From Phoronis australis (taxonomy: Eukaryota; Animalia; Phoronida): DNA of 64,000 nt. The translations under genes were made by a program, and so were the position numbers. The stretch covers positions 74,896 through 138,895 of the forward strand of contig NMRA01000083.1 in the NCBI GenBank assembly GCA_002633005.1, given 5' to 3'. Below are positions 1 to 12,734 of the stretch, in pieces. Each line of letters begins with the position of its first letter. Within the stretch, counting starts at the first letter, position 1. The notes under the pieces were generated by a model. That model saw only the letters and a list, made by a program, of their open reading frames with translations, ran no database searches and had not been told where the DNA came from.

Positions 1-431
1 GAAAAGCCCGGCTATTTTTGTCAAATAATGCTTTTACTCAAAACCAATTGAAAACTTAAATATTATAGAAATAAATTGAATTTATAAATTAAGGTTTACC
101 AAGTATTATAGCTTAAAACACGTTTTTTTCACGCTAAGCTTCGACCAGGAAATTATCGTCTGCTAAATAGGTTACCACTAGTAACTGAATATAATTCTCA
201 AGTCAAAGATCCTGACGACACGATACCCGCATTCAAACTAGAGATCGGTGATCGATTTACAAGTAAGAGGAAATGAGAGAAAAATTTCACCGAATTAAGA
301 TATCATTTTCATTGAAATTATGTGTCTTATTTTTCGTAGCGTATAAGTACAGTACAATGCGGTTTGTTGGACGTGCGATTATTGCGCGTGCTCATTTAAG
401 TACCGAGTCTATTTTCACTCTTGACGTCAGT

Positions 432-503
432 GGCTGTGTGGTGTAATGGTAAACTCGGCGACCAGCAATATTAAGGTCCCGGGTTCGAACCCGTCCACGG
501 TTT
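432..503 (+). repeat. tRNA-derived Pol III box A/B cassette inside a dispersed repeat (degenerate)
   Basis: Box A TGGTGTAATGG, box B GGTTCGAACCC, acceptor-like stem GGCTGTG/CACGGTT. The anticodon arm does not pair well. Copies at 3293-3364 (+) and about 57001-57073 (-). Confidence 0.65.
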
Positions 504-1238
504 CCCGCCAAATCGTTATCTCACTAGTGAGATAACTTTATGGGTTATAACACGGTTGTATCAGCCATTTAACGCTAATATTGTGGTATAAATGACAATA
601 TTCGCAATCCTCCTCTTTTTTTACTCTGCAACATACCTCGTGGCGTACCCCGGGCAAAATATATTACGATAAATATTTTATCGTGAAATTTCTGCTCGCA
701 CTATTTCCCGGTACGCGGTAGTAATACCGCCATGTTGAATGGAAGGAGTTACCTGACGGTCAAAAACTTAACTAATCTACCAACTTCTATAGATCGTCGC
801 TTTTTATAAGGTCAAATGGACCGAGACTCATCTATCCCCCGCACGAGTTACGGTGTCAAGAGTTCGAATTCGATCCTATAGTAACCCTGGTACGCATCTG
901 TAAGCACGTAACCGCGAAAAAAGCGGAAGTTGTTTTTGAGGTCCATATTGGTGAAACTGGTATCACTTCAGACAATTTCGTGGAAAAATGGTCAAATGGT
1001 CACAATTATAAAAAATTGGAACAGGTGAAATGCTGCTACTTGTTCCTCCATATTATGTCAGGAAAACTTTAGGAGGAATCTCGCGCAGGCAAACACCGAA
1101 CAGAATCGATGATGCTGTTTCATTTATTAACAAAAGGTGTCGCTGTATTCTTTAGTTGAGCTAACATGGCGGTGTAGAAAAATGTTGCTTTTTCCATCCA
1201 TTATTTATATTTTTATGACCTGTACATCCATTTTACAA

Positions 1239-2112
1239 TACAAGAGCAACGCGGAGCGTTGAAATGCGCCCACAAATGCATTGCAAAAGGTGTGCTTTCA
1301 GGGTTATTTATTTGTATCATAAAAATGGCCACTGGATGGCGCAAAAACATACAATCCATCCAAAAACAGGAACATACCATATTTCATAAAAATCTGTCAA
1401 GGAACTTCAGAGAAACAAAGGAAAACAGAATAAAATGAAATTGCCACTAGTGGGCACATTGTCCGTTGGATCCACCTGAAAGTCGTCGTCGTCGTCGTCG
1501 TCGTCTGTTATCTTCATATAAATACACTTACTAAATTTAAGATCCTGCAGTGAGTTTAAGCGATACAACTATGGGCGCAAAACAAAACTACCACTAGGAG
1601 GCGCCACAGTAGTCAGTCACCATCATCAAAGGTCGTCTTCATACTGAGAACATGTATGGCAATTTTCACATGATTTGGTTGATACAGTGGTGGACACCAA
1701 AAACAAAATTTGAAATCAGCAAAAATGACCACTAGGTGGTGCAAAATACCTCGATTCCATCCAAAAACAGAGAGATAGCGTCATCACACCAATATAGATG
1801 CCTATATTTGAAATTTTGTGAAAATCTGTTAAGGACCTATGAAGATACTGATTTAAACAAAAAAAACTAAAATTGCCACTAGGGGGCACAGCAGTAATCA
1901 GATCTGTCCGAAAGTCGTCGTCATGATCCGTAGTCAACATCATATAAATACACTTGCTAAATTAAGTAAAGATCCTGCGAACGGTTTAGAAGATACATCC
2001 ATAGGCGCAACAAAAACAAAACTGCCACTAGGAGGCGCCACAGCAGTCGAAATCGTCGGAAAATCATCGTCAACCGTCCTCTTTATAGTAAGCACATACA
2101 TGCCAATTTTCA
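1239..2112 (-). mobile_element. DINE-1/Helentron-like (HINE) element, partial (cut by assembly gap)
   Basis: Same terminus ACAAGAGCAACGCGGAGCGTTGAAATGCGCCCACA and CCACTAG subunits as 6438-8190. Confidence 0.7.
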
Positions 2113-2769
2113 NGCAGTGAGCTGGGAGCAACATGTTTGTCAATGGCCAGGGGAGCAACCAAAATTTATGACAATGGGAATGGCTCAACTCATGTGGCAT
2201 ACCCCATTGGTTTTTACCTGTTTAGCACTCCTCCCATGTAACCCCCCTGGGAGATGGTCAACACCCATTTGGCGCCCGGCCCACATGGTTTTTGCCTTGT
2301 ACCCCCTTAGCTGTCACCTGTGGGGAATTACCCTCTGAAGCCCCAGGAGCAATCATTCAAATTTTATTGTCCATGGAGGTATGAACTGTTATAAGGAAAG
2401 ATAATTTGCCTTTCTCAGTAGGCCTATGTGAACCATAAATCAAAAACTGTCCGATAACTATGCTGCTATTGGGCAAGCAGACGACATAATCAGTCGGCAC
2501 CGAAGTTTGAATTTTGTAATTAAAGTACCAGTAGCATAACCAAAAGTACTCATAATACCAACACTTCTACTATTGAAAGACTTTGAAAAGCGTTTCAATG
2601 CCGAAATTAATATTAATTAATATTTTTTCGTTGTTTTGGACAGTAAAGTAGATGCAAGTATTTCTCGTCAAAATACACTGACCGGAAACTGCAGCAGATA
2701 GGTCAGGAGAGTTCAACTCAGCACGTAAGGATATGCCGGAGTTGCGAATCTGTTGTCTATATCTATGTT

Positions 2770-3440
2770 GCAATGAATCGATTTACCTTTTTTGACTCTC
2801 CACGGCTTTGTAACTACTTTCTATGTCAGAGGCCCGGGGTCGAAGGTCGTGACCTTTTAAGAAAAGCCCGGCTATTTTTGTCAAATAATGCTTTTACTCA
2901 AAACCAATTGAAAACTTAAATATTATAGAAATAAATTGAATTTATAAATTAAGGTTTACCAAGTATTATAGCTTAAAACACTTTTTTTTCACGCTAAGTT
3001 TCGACCAGGAAATTATCGTCTGCTAAATAGGTTACCACTGGTAACTGAATATAATTCTCAAGTCAAAGATCCTGACGACACGATACCCGCATTCAAACTA
3101 GAGATCGGTGATCGATTTACAAGTAAGAGGACATGAGAGAAAAATTTCACCGAATTAAGATATCATTTTCATTGAAATTATGTGTCTTATTTTTTAGTAG
3201 CGTATAAGTACAGTACAATGCGGTTTGTTGGACGTGCGATTATTGCGCGTGCTCATTTAAGTACCGAGTCTATTTTCACTCTTGACGTCAGTGGCTGTGT
3301 GGTGTAGTGGTAAAGTCGGCGACCAGCAATATTAAGGTCCCGGGTTCGACCCCGTCCACGGTTTCCCGCCAAATCGTTATCTTACTAGTGAGATAACTTT
3401 ACGGTTGTATCAGCCATTTGACGCTAATATTGTGGTATAA
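2770..3440 (+). repeat. About 670-bp dispersed repeat containing a tRNA-like cassette and a 22-bp palindrome
   Basis: Reverse-complement match to about 56913-57593 and direct match to 1-590. Confidence 0.8.
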
Positions 3441-3523
3441 ATGACAATATTCGCAATCCTCCTCTTTTTTTACTCTGCAACATACCTCGTGGCGTACCCC
3501 GGGCAAAATATATTACGATAAAT

Positions 3524-4052
3524 ATTTTATCGTGAAATTTCTGCTCGCACTATTTCCCGGTACGCGCATGTTGAATGGAAGGAGTTACCTGGCGGTCAAA
3601 AACTTAACTAATTTACCGACTTCTATAGATCGTCGCTTTTTATAAGGTCAAATTGACCGAGACTCGTCTATCCCCCGCACGAGTTACGGTGTCAAGAGTT
3701 CGAATTCGATCCTATAGTAACCCTGGTACGCATCTGTAAGCACGTAACCGCGAAAAAAGCGGAAGTTGTTTTTGAGGTCCATATTGGTGAAACTGGTATC
3801 ACTTCAGACAATTTCGTGGAAAAATGGTCAAATGGTCACAATTATAAAAAAATGGAACAGGTGAAATGCTGCTACTTGTTCCTCCATATTATGTCAGGAA
3901 AACTTTAGGAGGAATCTCGCGCAGGCAAACACCAAACAGAATCGATGGTGCTGTTTCATTCATTAACAAAAGGTGTCGCTGTATTCTTTAGTTGAGCTAA
4001 CATGGCGGTGTCAACCGGGAAATAGTGCGAACCGAAATTAGACGATAAAATA
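3524..4052. repeat. Inverted-repeat pair (about 50-bp arms), MITE-like
   Basis: ATTTTATCGTGAAATTTCTGCTCGCACTATTTCCCGGT at about 3524 versus ACCGGGAAATAGTGCGAACCGAAATTAGACGATAAAAT ending at about 4051. Confidence 0.55.
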
Positions 4053-4465
4053 CAGAGGAAACGCAGTAGGGGATAAATTCATATATTTTTGGAAAGATAA
4101 GATTGCGAAGAATCGAACAATACCAAAATCATGTGTGTAGGTCAATGTCGTCATATTGTAAACAATTACCGCACAAATTATCAAAGAATACAACTGCAGT
4201 GTAATTTGAAAACAAAAACAAAACCGACCTCTGCAAGCGTTTAGTTCCTATATAAAATACTCCTCCACTTGTGAAGACTCTGGTCATTCTATTAACGCGC
4301 ATGTCATCAAAACGCTATCTGGTCGCGACAGTAAAAAGGGTTATTTTGCGACTGGTTCGCGTTTTCGTGATGGTCACGTGACGCAACAACTCATTTCTCT
4401 CTGACTCCGGCAAGTGTGCAAAAAAAGTTCACTAAGTGGTCCAGTTTCACAAAGTTTGCGTAAGC

Positions 4466-4561
4466 ATTGGCGGATTTAGGGGGGAATAGGCAAGGGGGCC
4501 ATGGCCCCCTAAAACTNTGCCGTGCCCCCCCCCCCAACTCAAAATCCTGGATCCGCCCCTG
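4466..4561. mobile_element. Short GC-rich MITE (CA(T/G)TGGCGGATTTAG...CTGGATCCGCCCCTG)
   Basis: Imperfect terminal inverted repeats. Second copy at about 55929-56065. Both contain an assembly N. Confidence 0.55.
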
Positions 4562-6437
4562 CACCGCACTACTTTTGGGGGTTTTGGGAGCTTTCTCGTT
4601 ACTAGCTATTTACTAGTAGACTCCTTTGTTAACCTATGGTGTTGCCATAGACATGGGTGTAGCCACCACGTGCGTTCAATGTCCATGAATAACAAAAAGC
4701 CTTCTCTAAATCGTCTGCACGAACCTGTCATCTACGCATAGCCAAACACAACTCGGGTGAAGTTGGCCGGGTACGCCCGATGATTACGTGAAGCACTTTG
4801 AATCAGATTTCAAAATTATTACTAACCTGGTTAACATTTTAGTTAGCAGTACGAGTAACATAAACAATTTGTTGCTGTCGTGCATCTATATCCTAGCTTT
4901 AAGGGAGAGGCTGGGGCTGGACCTTTCCGTACTTTGGGGAGGGGTTAAATCGAACCCTCCGAACCCCCTCCACTGGCTGCGGGCCAAAATTATTTGTGAC
5001 ATTAATCATCAACTCATAGAAAACTATGAAAAATTTATTCAGAATAAAATGCAGTTCCATTTTAGGAAGAAATTGACACTTCCAACTCACCGGGTACGTC
5101 ACTGTCGTCTGCCATTTTGTGCAATGTCTCGTTGGCGATCGTCTTCCGGGTGTTCTTGATCGCCGATTGATCGGGGTGATTAAACATGGTTCCAGGTCAT
5201 CAGTGCAATGGGCCCACATGCGCAGCCTGCGCTTGAAATTTCCAGATTTTTTTATTGACTTTGTGTTCACATGGATTAAGAGATGAGACTTGTTGAAGTC
5301 GATACTTGGTCTTGAGAAACCGAGTCTAATTTTGCAACGTTCTATGCCCATTTAACAACATGCCACGTACAAACAAAAAATGATGTCAAATGATATAATT
5401 CGAAAGAGAAATGAATAAACTTTCTAATGGTATGCAATACTACGAAAAAATATTTTTGGCACCTGAGCAAAGGTTTTCAAACTAGTTTTCGAGAGGTTTA
5501 CTTCGAATATTGTTTGATTCAATGTTTTGTAAAACTTTCTCAAGTTGGAGTCACATAAATCGTATCTTGACTGACCTCCGAGTCCAACAAAGTTCTATGG
5601 TACAGTCGTTACCGCTGTTAAAACACACTATTTCCAGTAAATACAACGAATGAAAGCGCGGTTGGACATGTCAGCGCTTTAAAAAGAAACTTAATTGCAA
5701 AGTAGACTTAACTTTTCTATAGCTTTTATGATGGAAATCAAGCGTGCACAACACGGCTATATGAGGTTATATTAGGTATATCTGCATCCACCGACATGTC
5801 AACTTCACTGGTCCCCGAGACTAGTGTTGGGTTCCGGTGAACGGAAAACTTTTCGGGACGCGACTGCAAATCATAGGGGCAAGGGTTTGTGGCTTCGTAA
5901 CTCATGTTCGGTGACTACTGGTATAGGGTGGAATTGTTTCCTGGGAAGAGTTGCCAGATCAACTCGTAGAGAAATCGCTCGATCAAATAATCGTGCCAGG
6001 CAATGTGATCTGTTTTTTTTTTGTCTCGACAGGGGAGGTCGTCGAGCTAACTAGTCCCCCTAACGTGGAAGTTGCCGTATGATACTAAAAAATAAAAACA
6101 GCTATAAACACACATTCCGAGACCAATTTTCGATTGAGCCCACTTATCGTAATAAAGCTGGTGATAGGTTTAAAAGGATACCAAACCCAGTTTTCACAGA
6201 TCTTAAAAACGACTTTCCTATCCAGTTCTCCGAAGCAAAATAACCCTTGACAACCCTCAAACGTTTGGAGGAAAATTTAAGAGTGACTTCGTATAAAAAC
6301 CAAGAGGTAGAGTCTATACCCAAAAACACAATTTTTTAAGACTTTTAAAAAACGAGTTGATTTTGTGAGATGTAGAAAAATGTTGCTTTTTTCATCCATT
6401 ATTTCTATTTTTATGACCTGTACATCCATTTTACAAT

Positions 6438-8190
6438 ACAAGAGCAACGCGGAGCGTTGAAATGCGCCCACAAATGCATTGCAAATGGTGTGCTTTCAGG
6501 GTTATTTATTTGTATCATAAAAATGGCCACTGGATGGCGCAAAAACATACAATCCATCCAAAAACAGGAACATACCATATTTCATAAAAATCTGTCAAGG
6601 AACTTCAGAGAAACAAAGGAAAACAGAATAAAATGAAATTGCCACTAGTGGGCACATTGTCCGTTGGATCCGCCTGAAAGTCGTCGTCGTCGTCGTCGTC
6701 TGTTATCTTCATATCAATACACTTACTAAATTTAAGATCCTGCAGTGAGTTTAAGCGATACAACTATGGGCGCAAAACAAAACCAGCACTAGGAGGCGCC
6801 ACAGTAGTCAGTCACCATCATCAAAGGTCGTCTTCATACTGAGAACATGTATGGCAATTTTCAAATGATTTGGTTGATACAGTAGTGGACACCAAAAACA
6901 AAATTTGAAATCAGCAAAAATGACCACTAGGTGGTGCAAAATACCTCGATTCCATCCAAAAACAGAGAGATAGCGTCATCACACCAATAGATGCCTATAT
7001 TTGAAATTTTGTGAAAATCTGTTAAGGACCTATGAAGATACTGATTTAAACATAAAAAACTAAAATTGCCACTAGGGGGCACAGCAGTAATCAGATCTGT
7101 CCGAAAGTCGTCGTCATGATCCGTAGTCAACATCATATAAATACACTTGCTAAATTAAGTAAAGATCCTGCGAACGGTTTAGAAGATACAGCCATAGGCG
7201 CAACAAAAACAAAACTGCCACTAGGAGGCGCCACAGCAGTCGAAATCGTCGGAAAATCATCGTCAACCGTCCTCTTTATAGTAAGCACATACATGCCAAT
7301 TTTCACAATCATCCTTTGAGCGGTTTGGTTGATAGAGGGGTGGACGCAAAAACAGATTCGAAAACAGTAAAAATGGCCACTAGGTGGCGCAAACTACGTC
7401 GAATCCATTCGAAAATAGGAGGATAGTCTCACCTCACTAATAAGTGCCTACATATCAAATTTCATGAAAATTCAATAAGGACTTTTGAAGATACAAAGGT
7501 AAACGTAAATAAAATAAAATTGCCACTAGGGGGCACACCGGTAGTCGGATCTGACCAAAAGTCGTCGTCGTCCGTTGTAAACATCATATAAACATACTTA
7601 CTAAATTTCGTAAAGATCCTGCGAACTGTTCAAGAGATACAGCCATAGGCGCAAAAAACAAAAACAAAACTGCCACTAGGAGGCGCCACAGTTGCCGAAA
7701 TCGTCGGAAAATCATCGTCAACCGTTCTCTTCATAGTAAGCACATACATGCCAATTTTCACAATCATCCTTTGAGAGGTTTGGTTGATAGAGGGGAGGAC
7801 GCAAAAAAACAGACTCGAAAACAGTAAAAATGGCCACTAGGTGACGCAAACTACGTCGAATCCATCCGAAAACGGGAGGATAGCGTCATCTCACTAATAT
7901 AGGTGCCTACATATCAAATTTCATGAAAATCCGTTCAGGAAAGGTAAGCGTAAAAAACTAAAATTGCCACTAGGGGGCACAGCAGTAGTCGGATCCGTCC
8001 GAAAGTTCGCTCATGCCGTCCCATTCGATGAAAGGAACATATGTGCCAAATTTCATGAACGTATGTCAACTAAATAAGGGTTTTGGAGATAGAGCAGCGG
8101 ACGCCGGACGGGCGCCGCCCGGACGGACGGACGGACGGGCGGACGGAGATGACGGCATAATGCGTCCACATATAAAAATGTGGGCGCATA
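6438..8190 (-). mobile_element. Full-length DINE-1/Helentron-like (HINE) element with internal higher-order satellite
   Basis: Subterminal inverted repeats ATGCGCCCACA / TGTGGGCGCAT, terminal stem-loop CAACGC-GGA-GCGTTG, hairpin ATGCGTCCACAT..ATGTGGGCGCAT at 8160-8189, (GGAC)n microsatellite at about 8098-8146, A/T-run flanks with no TSD. The interior is made of about 455-bp units of three subunits of about 150 bp. Confidence 0.8.
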
Positions 8191-9040
8191 AAAATTGGAA
8201 GCCGAAGTAGACTTGGGTGCATTTTACTAGCATGTATAGTAAGCTGATAACAAAAGAACGGTTTGAAAGGGCCATGATTGAAAAAAAGTGATGGCACAAC
8301 TTTCAAAATTCATTTTCAAATTTGTATACTTTGATTTTGTGTGGCAAAAAACGGTCTGTTTGAAAGTCTTCTCAGAAGCCATTTTCGGCCAAATTTGGCA
8401 CTCTGTTGCAGCCATATTGCACCTTTCCAAAAACTGACCTTAGGTCCTATAACTTTTTCATCCATTCTTAACCTGTTCATAATCAAAAATAAAAAATGTT
8501 GTCTCTCCCATAGTTTTTGCTTAAGAAGCATACCGGTACATGGCCTGTACTTGGTCCTATTTGCCAGTTCTCAGTTGCCTCAACACCAATATGGGGCTCT
8601 TGGAAAAACACGACATAAATACCTTGTATCTTAGAGAAGAAGTACACAGCATTGCTAATTGCCATTCCCTGAAAACCACACTGATGTTAACTGCTTATTA
8701 CAAAAAAAAATGTACATAATTATAACTGGCATGCGTGCTTCGTCTAAGGCGTCGATGTTTGTTTCCATGGAGACTGTGGACGCGACTAGAAGTCGAATCT
8801 GCTCTCGTTTTGTTCGTTATGAGAGCCACTAACAAAGGAAGGGGGAGGTGGCCCCCAAGTTGTCAATGCAAAAAATCGTCAACTTGTCTGACAGTGCGGC
8901 AAACATTCAAGGTCAATAGAAAACCATTCGTGAAAGACAATTTCAATAAGGACTCGGTTCATGACAGACAACAGGTCAACAAAGTTCCATGCGACAAAAG
9001 TAATGGTCTGTACTGCAAACATACCGAGTGACTGATCTTA

Positions 9041-9185
9041 TGGCGTAGCGAGAGGGGGGAGGGGTCAGGTGCTCTCGGGCGCCTGCCGAAGAGGGTGCCA
9101 AATAGAAGGCCGGGGCGCACCAGGCATCTGGGGGAGTTACACTTGAGGTGTAGGCGGGGGCGAGGAGGGGCTCGCTACGCCACTG
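9041..9185. mobile_element. Short GC-rich MITE
   Basis: TIR TGGCGTAGCGAG ... CTCGCTACGCCA. Confidence 0.55.
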
Positions 9186-9613
9186 GACTGACCACTGTCA
9201 TTTTAGGTGCACACTTTCTGCTTGGGTAAAAACCGGCACCAAATTCTCTTCGGTGAACATTGCATATGATTTGACCCCACGAGTGGTCCTGCTCAGTCAC
9301 AAATTCATCTACTCTGGCTAGTAGGAGATCATCATGTGGCACTGGAATTGATTTACTGTGGGAAAAGACGATCCACATCATATTTTATGATCGACATATG
9401 TCCCGGATAATAGATAAATGATACGTGCGTCGCAAGCTCGTTACCAGAGATGAAAAGGAGACTGGTGTAGGCGATATAAAGTCATTTATTATGACTAGTA
9501 CAATTACAATAAAATGAATACAGGTAAATAACGTATAATAGGTAATCTCTGGTAAGATGGGCAATAAAAAGCGCCACAGAGATGTTGTAAGACAGCTCTA
9601 TCATCATATTTTA

Positions 9614-9886
9614 CATTGGCGCACCCAGGAGGGCTCGAGAGGCTCGAACGAGCTCCCCAATTTGACGAATTGGGTAAAAAGGTCCGCCTCAGTGAAACAA
9701 AAAGTCCGAGTAAACGAGACAAAAGTCAAGTAAATCCACAGGAATTCGGCGCGGATGCACAATTGGCAGGCCTGAACCTAGTGGCCGTTTTTTTTTTAGT
9801 CCTCGTTGATCTTTTTCAGCAAAAGGTCAGCATTATGTAAGAATTCGAGCCCCCCCCCCCTATATTTTAGGCTGGGTGCGCTCATG
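9614..9886. mobile_element. MITE with CAT...ATG termini and 5-bp TSD
   Basis: TIR CATTGGCGCACCCAG / CTGGGTGCGCTCATG with TTTTA on both sides. Homologous to 11842-12077. Confidence 0.7.
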
Positions 9887-9974
9887 TTTTATTGCTATTG
9901 CTAGGAAGAGATAACCATGGCTATCTTTTTCTGCTTTTACTTTTTAACAGACCATGACGGCGACATCCCGTTGC

Positions 9975-10225
9975 TCCCAACTTGTTCGATTGTATAGCCC
10001 AACAACAAGTTGGAAAGTTTACCCCCCGTAGCCAATTAACTCCATTCTGGCGTTGATGGTTGGAGGGCCTGGGCTCTTTTGTGTGACAATTGCTCTAATC
10101 TCCGATCCGATCATGTCTAGACAGACTGGGGTGGGCTGATAAAAATGAAAGTTAAGTTAAGCCAGATATTATCGCACGTTCAGCACCCCTCACGTCTGGA
10201 AAAGTTAATGAACGACAGGACGCTG
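9975..10225. repeat. Dispersed repeat fragment
   Basis: AACTTGTTCGATTGTATAGCCCAACAACAAGTTGG... matches about 51880-52050 and 52315-52385. Confidence 0.6.
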
Positions 10226-10696
10226 TAATGAGTTATAATACGTATTATAATTGTAATTTCTGTTTCAAAAGCTATTATTAACATTATCATCATTATAATC
10301 ATTATTAACATTACCATGTAGGCCTACTCGCGTGTTCAGACTCAGGCGCCTGCATCTCAAATGAAATAGCAGTTAATTGTTGAAAGCCTGTAAGCAAATT
10401 TCATAATTGCCCGCATAGTATCGAGCAGGTGAATGTATATCGACATAATTATGCCCGCTACGACACCTGATAAATTTTATGTTCTTTTTACAAATGTGAA
10501 TTCTATAGTCTACCAGCAACCTCGTTACTGTATAGAGTTAGACCCACGCTCGTAAAACTTGGTGGTAGCCCTAACCATTTCATCGCCATCAGTGGTCAGG
10601 GGTATGTTAGACACTCGGTTGTAACCCAAACTGATAACACCAGACCGTGTACCTTCCTCCAATTCCACTCCCATCGAGGTTTTCACATATTACTTA

Positions 10697-12547
10697 CAGG
10701 GCTCGACGCTATTAAAATCGCCAGGTCGCAATTTGCGATCTAGCCAATCACCCAGGTCGCTTTTTCAATATCCAGTTCGCAAAATTTCCTCGCCATTTTT
10801 ACGCGCCAAAATTGACTTTTTAGATAATCGAGAAATGTTTAGATTAATATGATCTTACCTGCGGCGTTTAACACTCACAAATTGCAGATAGCAAAATTGA
10901 GTTCGTTTATGCAGGTACGGAGTTACTGTTCTTCACGACCGCCATTGAAAGGCTCTAGAGCGCACGGCAAGTTGACGACGTGAAAGTTGAATCAATGATT
11001 AACTGAAACGTGCATTCGAGCTGCTAAGTTTTCAATGCGAAAAGGGAGAAAATGCCCGTTGAAAAAGTATCCACAATTTTATTAGGTCTCACCTGCTACT
11101 GGGTGTCATCAAAGTCGTTAAAGATCCAAACTAACTCGGAGTGCTAATTCCCTCCACTTTTTTGTTCGCAGCCCAAATTTTGCGACTTAACTTGACGTTT
11201 GAAAAACATCTGTCGAAAAAAATCCGTGAAACGGTGCCCTAACCGAATGACGTATTTGGATGCGTGGGAACAATTCAGTGCAAATTTTACAACAAAAATG
11301 TGACACTTATGCGGTTTGCGTACTCAACAATTAAGTTTTCCATGAAATGAATAGCTCCGAAATAATTCCCGACTAAGTGCGGGTTTCCATCGGTTAACTC
11401 GAGTTTGCTACTCAATACCTTCCAAGTGCGGGAAAAATTGGTCAATCACAAAACGACACGCATGTCACTAGTGTTAACTTCCTTTCGGAGGTATGAAACG
11501 AAGCCGGGATTTGGCTTTTACATATTGAGAAAACACGTTTTTTGAATTTGTTGTGTAAAATGAGAGTGACACTCTATACAGGCTGCGTGCCAATATTAAA
11601 CAACGCGCGGTCGTTTGTAGTACGCTGTGATGGGCGCTAGCCTGAACTGTGGCGCTTGACTGGAAATTCTCAAATGTTGAGGCGGAACGCTTAGTAGATC
11701 AGTGAGCGCTTATTATGAAACACTTCAAAGGTAGGGAGTAGACTTGTGCGTGAGCATAGTCGTTAGCCTCTAGTACCCGCTTAGTTGCGATAGCTGGATA
11801 CGGGCATAGAATATAGGGAACATCGACCCCGGGAAGCATCGCATGCGCGCACCCAGGGGGGCTCGGGGGCTCCAAGGAGCCCATCGCCCGCCCCCCCCCC
11901 CCATTTGGCGAAAAGGTCAAAAAGGTCCGCCGTGAGAAACAAACAGTCCGAGAAAATGAGACAAAGTCCGGTACAAGCGCGCAATTCACAGAGGTGCACC
12001 GGCTGTTTTGTTACCAAAACAAGTCCACAACGTTAGGAATACGAGCCCCCCCATAATGAAGGCTGAGTGCGCGCATGCATCGTCACAGGAAAATATCAGT
12101 TCTGGGTTATATCGGTCCCGGGGAATATCGTAAAGCATCGGTCTTTTATAACCGCCGGGAATCTATGAGTTCATATTCAAATAAACCACTGGCACGTACC
12201 GGGTGCTTAACAGAGCCAAGCCGGTATACCCTTTCATTTAGGACGTCACTGTTCTCTTTTGATGTGCAGCTTTGAAGAGGCGCGCACGCGCGAGTTCACG
12301 CACTTGAATCGCTGGAGTAGGCCTACACTTTACGTTGGCAACAACGTGTGAAAGACAAATCATATTTCGAGCACGTAGCCCGAGAAACAAGTAAAGGGGT
12401 TAGAGAATTTCTAGGCAACTGAAAGTAAAGACGTGGCCGTCGTTTGGTGATTAATAGTGTTGTCATTTTCACTTTGGTTGTCTTAGGCGATAAAAAAACG
12501 AGACGCATATCTCAAATGCGACCTGCAGCTCCTTATATCGAGCCCTG
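10697..12547. mobile_element. hAT-like non-autonomous element with a nested MITE
   Basis: Termini CAGGGCTCGA / TCGAGCCCTG with inverted subterminal CAGGTCGCA(A)TTT. No intact TSD seen. Confidence 0.5.
11842..12077. mobile_element. MITE with CATG termini and 5-bp TSD
   Basis: TIR CATGCGCGCACCCAG / CTGAGTGCGCGCATG with TSD CATCG on both sides. Confidence 0.75.
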
Positions 12548-12734
12548 CACTGTGTAACCTAAATGCGGATTTGTCAAACCAAAAACCACAAAAAAGAGAA
12601 GTACTGTCATTTGACGTTCTGGTGATGCTAAGATCACCGTCCTTAGGATGCTTGGACTTAAGGCATTTAGGACAATCGTGTAAATGAAAAAGCTTTGCAG
12701 TAACCTTAGTTGGGTGAGCTGTAAGTAGTCACCA

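Larger units (their letters stand above)
1..2112. repeat. Near-identical duplicate of 2861-4010 plus about 6370-7305 (probable uncollapsed allelic haplotype)
   Basis: 1-1175 matches 2861-4010 and 1175-2112 matches about 6370-7305 with only scattered SNPs and indels. The copy ends at an assembly N (2113). Confidence 0.85.

Noticed and set aside
432-503. Functional tRNA gene (also 3293-3364, 37555-37625, 40699-40770, 57001-57073)
   Set aside because: Boxes A and B are present, but D and anticodon stems pair poorly and the copies sit in dispersed repeats.
1716-2200. Recurring ORFs (MMLTTDHDDD..., MIRSQHHINT...) also at 6927-7319 and 22119-22337
   Set aside because: Chance frames within the HINE satellite. 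They are frameshifted between copies and show no protein motif.
4788-5351. Overlapping 123-aa and 150-aa ORFs
   Set aside because: No recognisable domain, no splice support, and they cross short repeat sequence.
6500-8000. CRISPR-like array of regularly spaced CCACTAG motifs
   Set aside because: The spacers are about 130 bp and themselves repeat. The context is eukaryotic and no cas genes are present.
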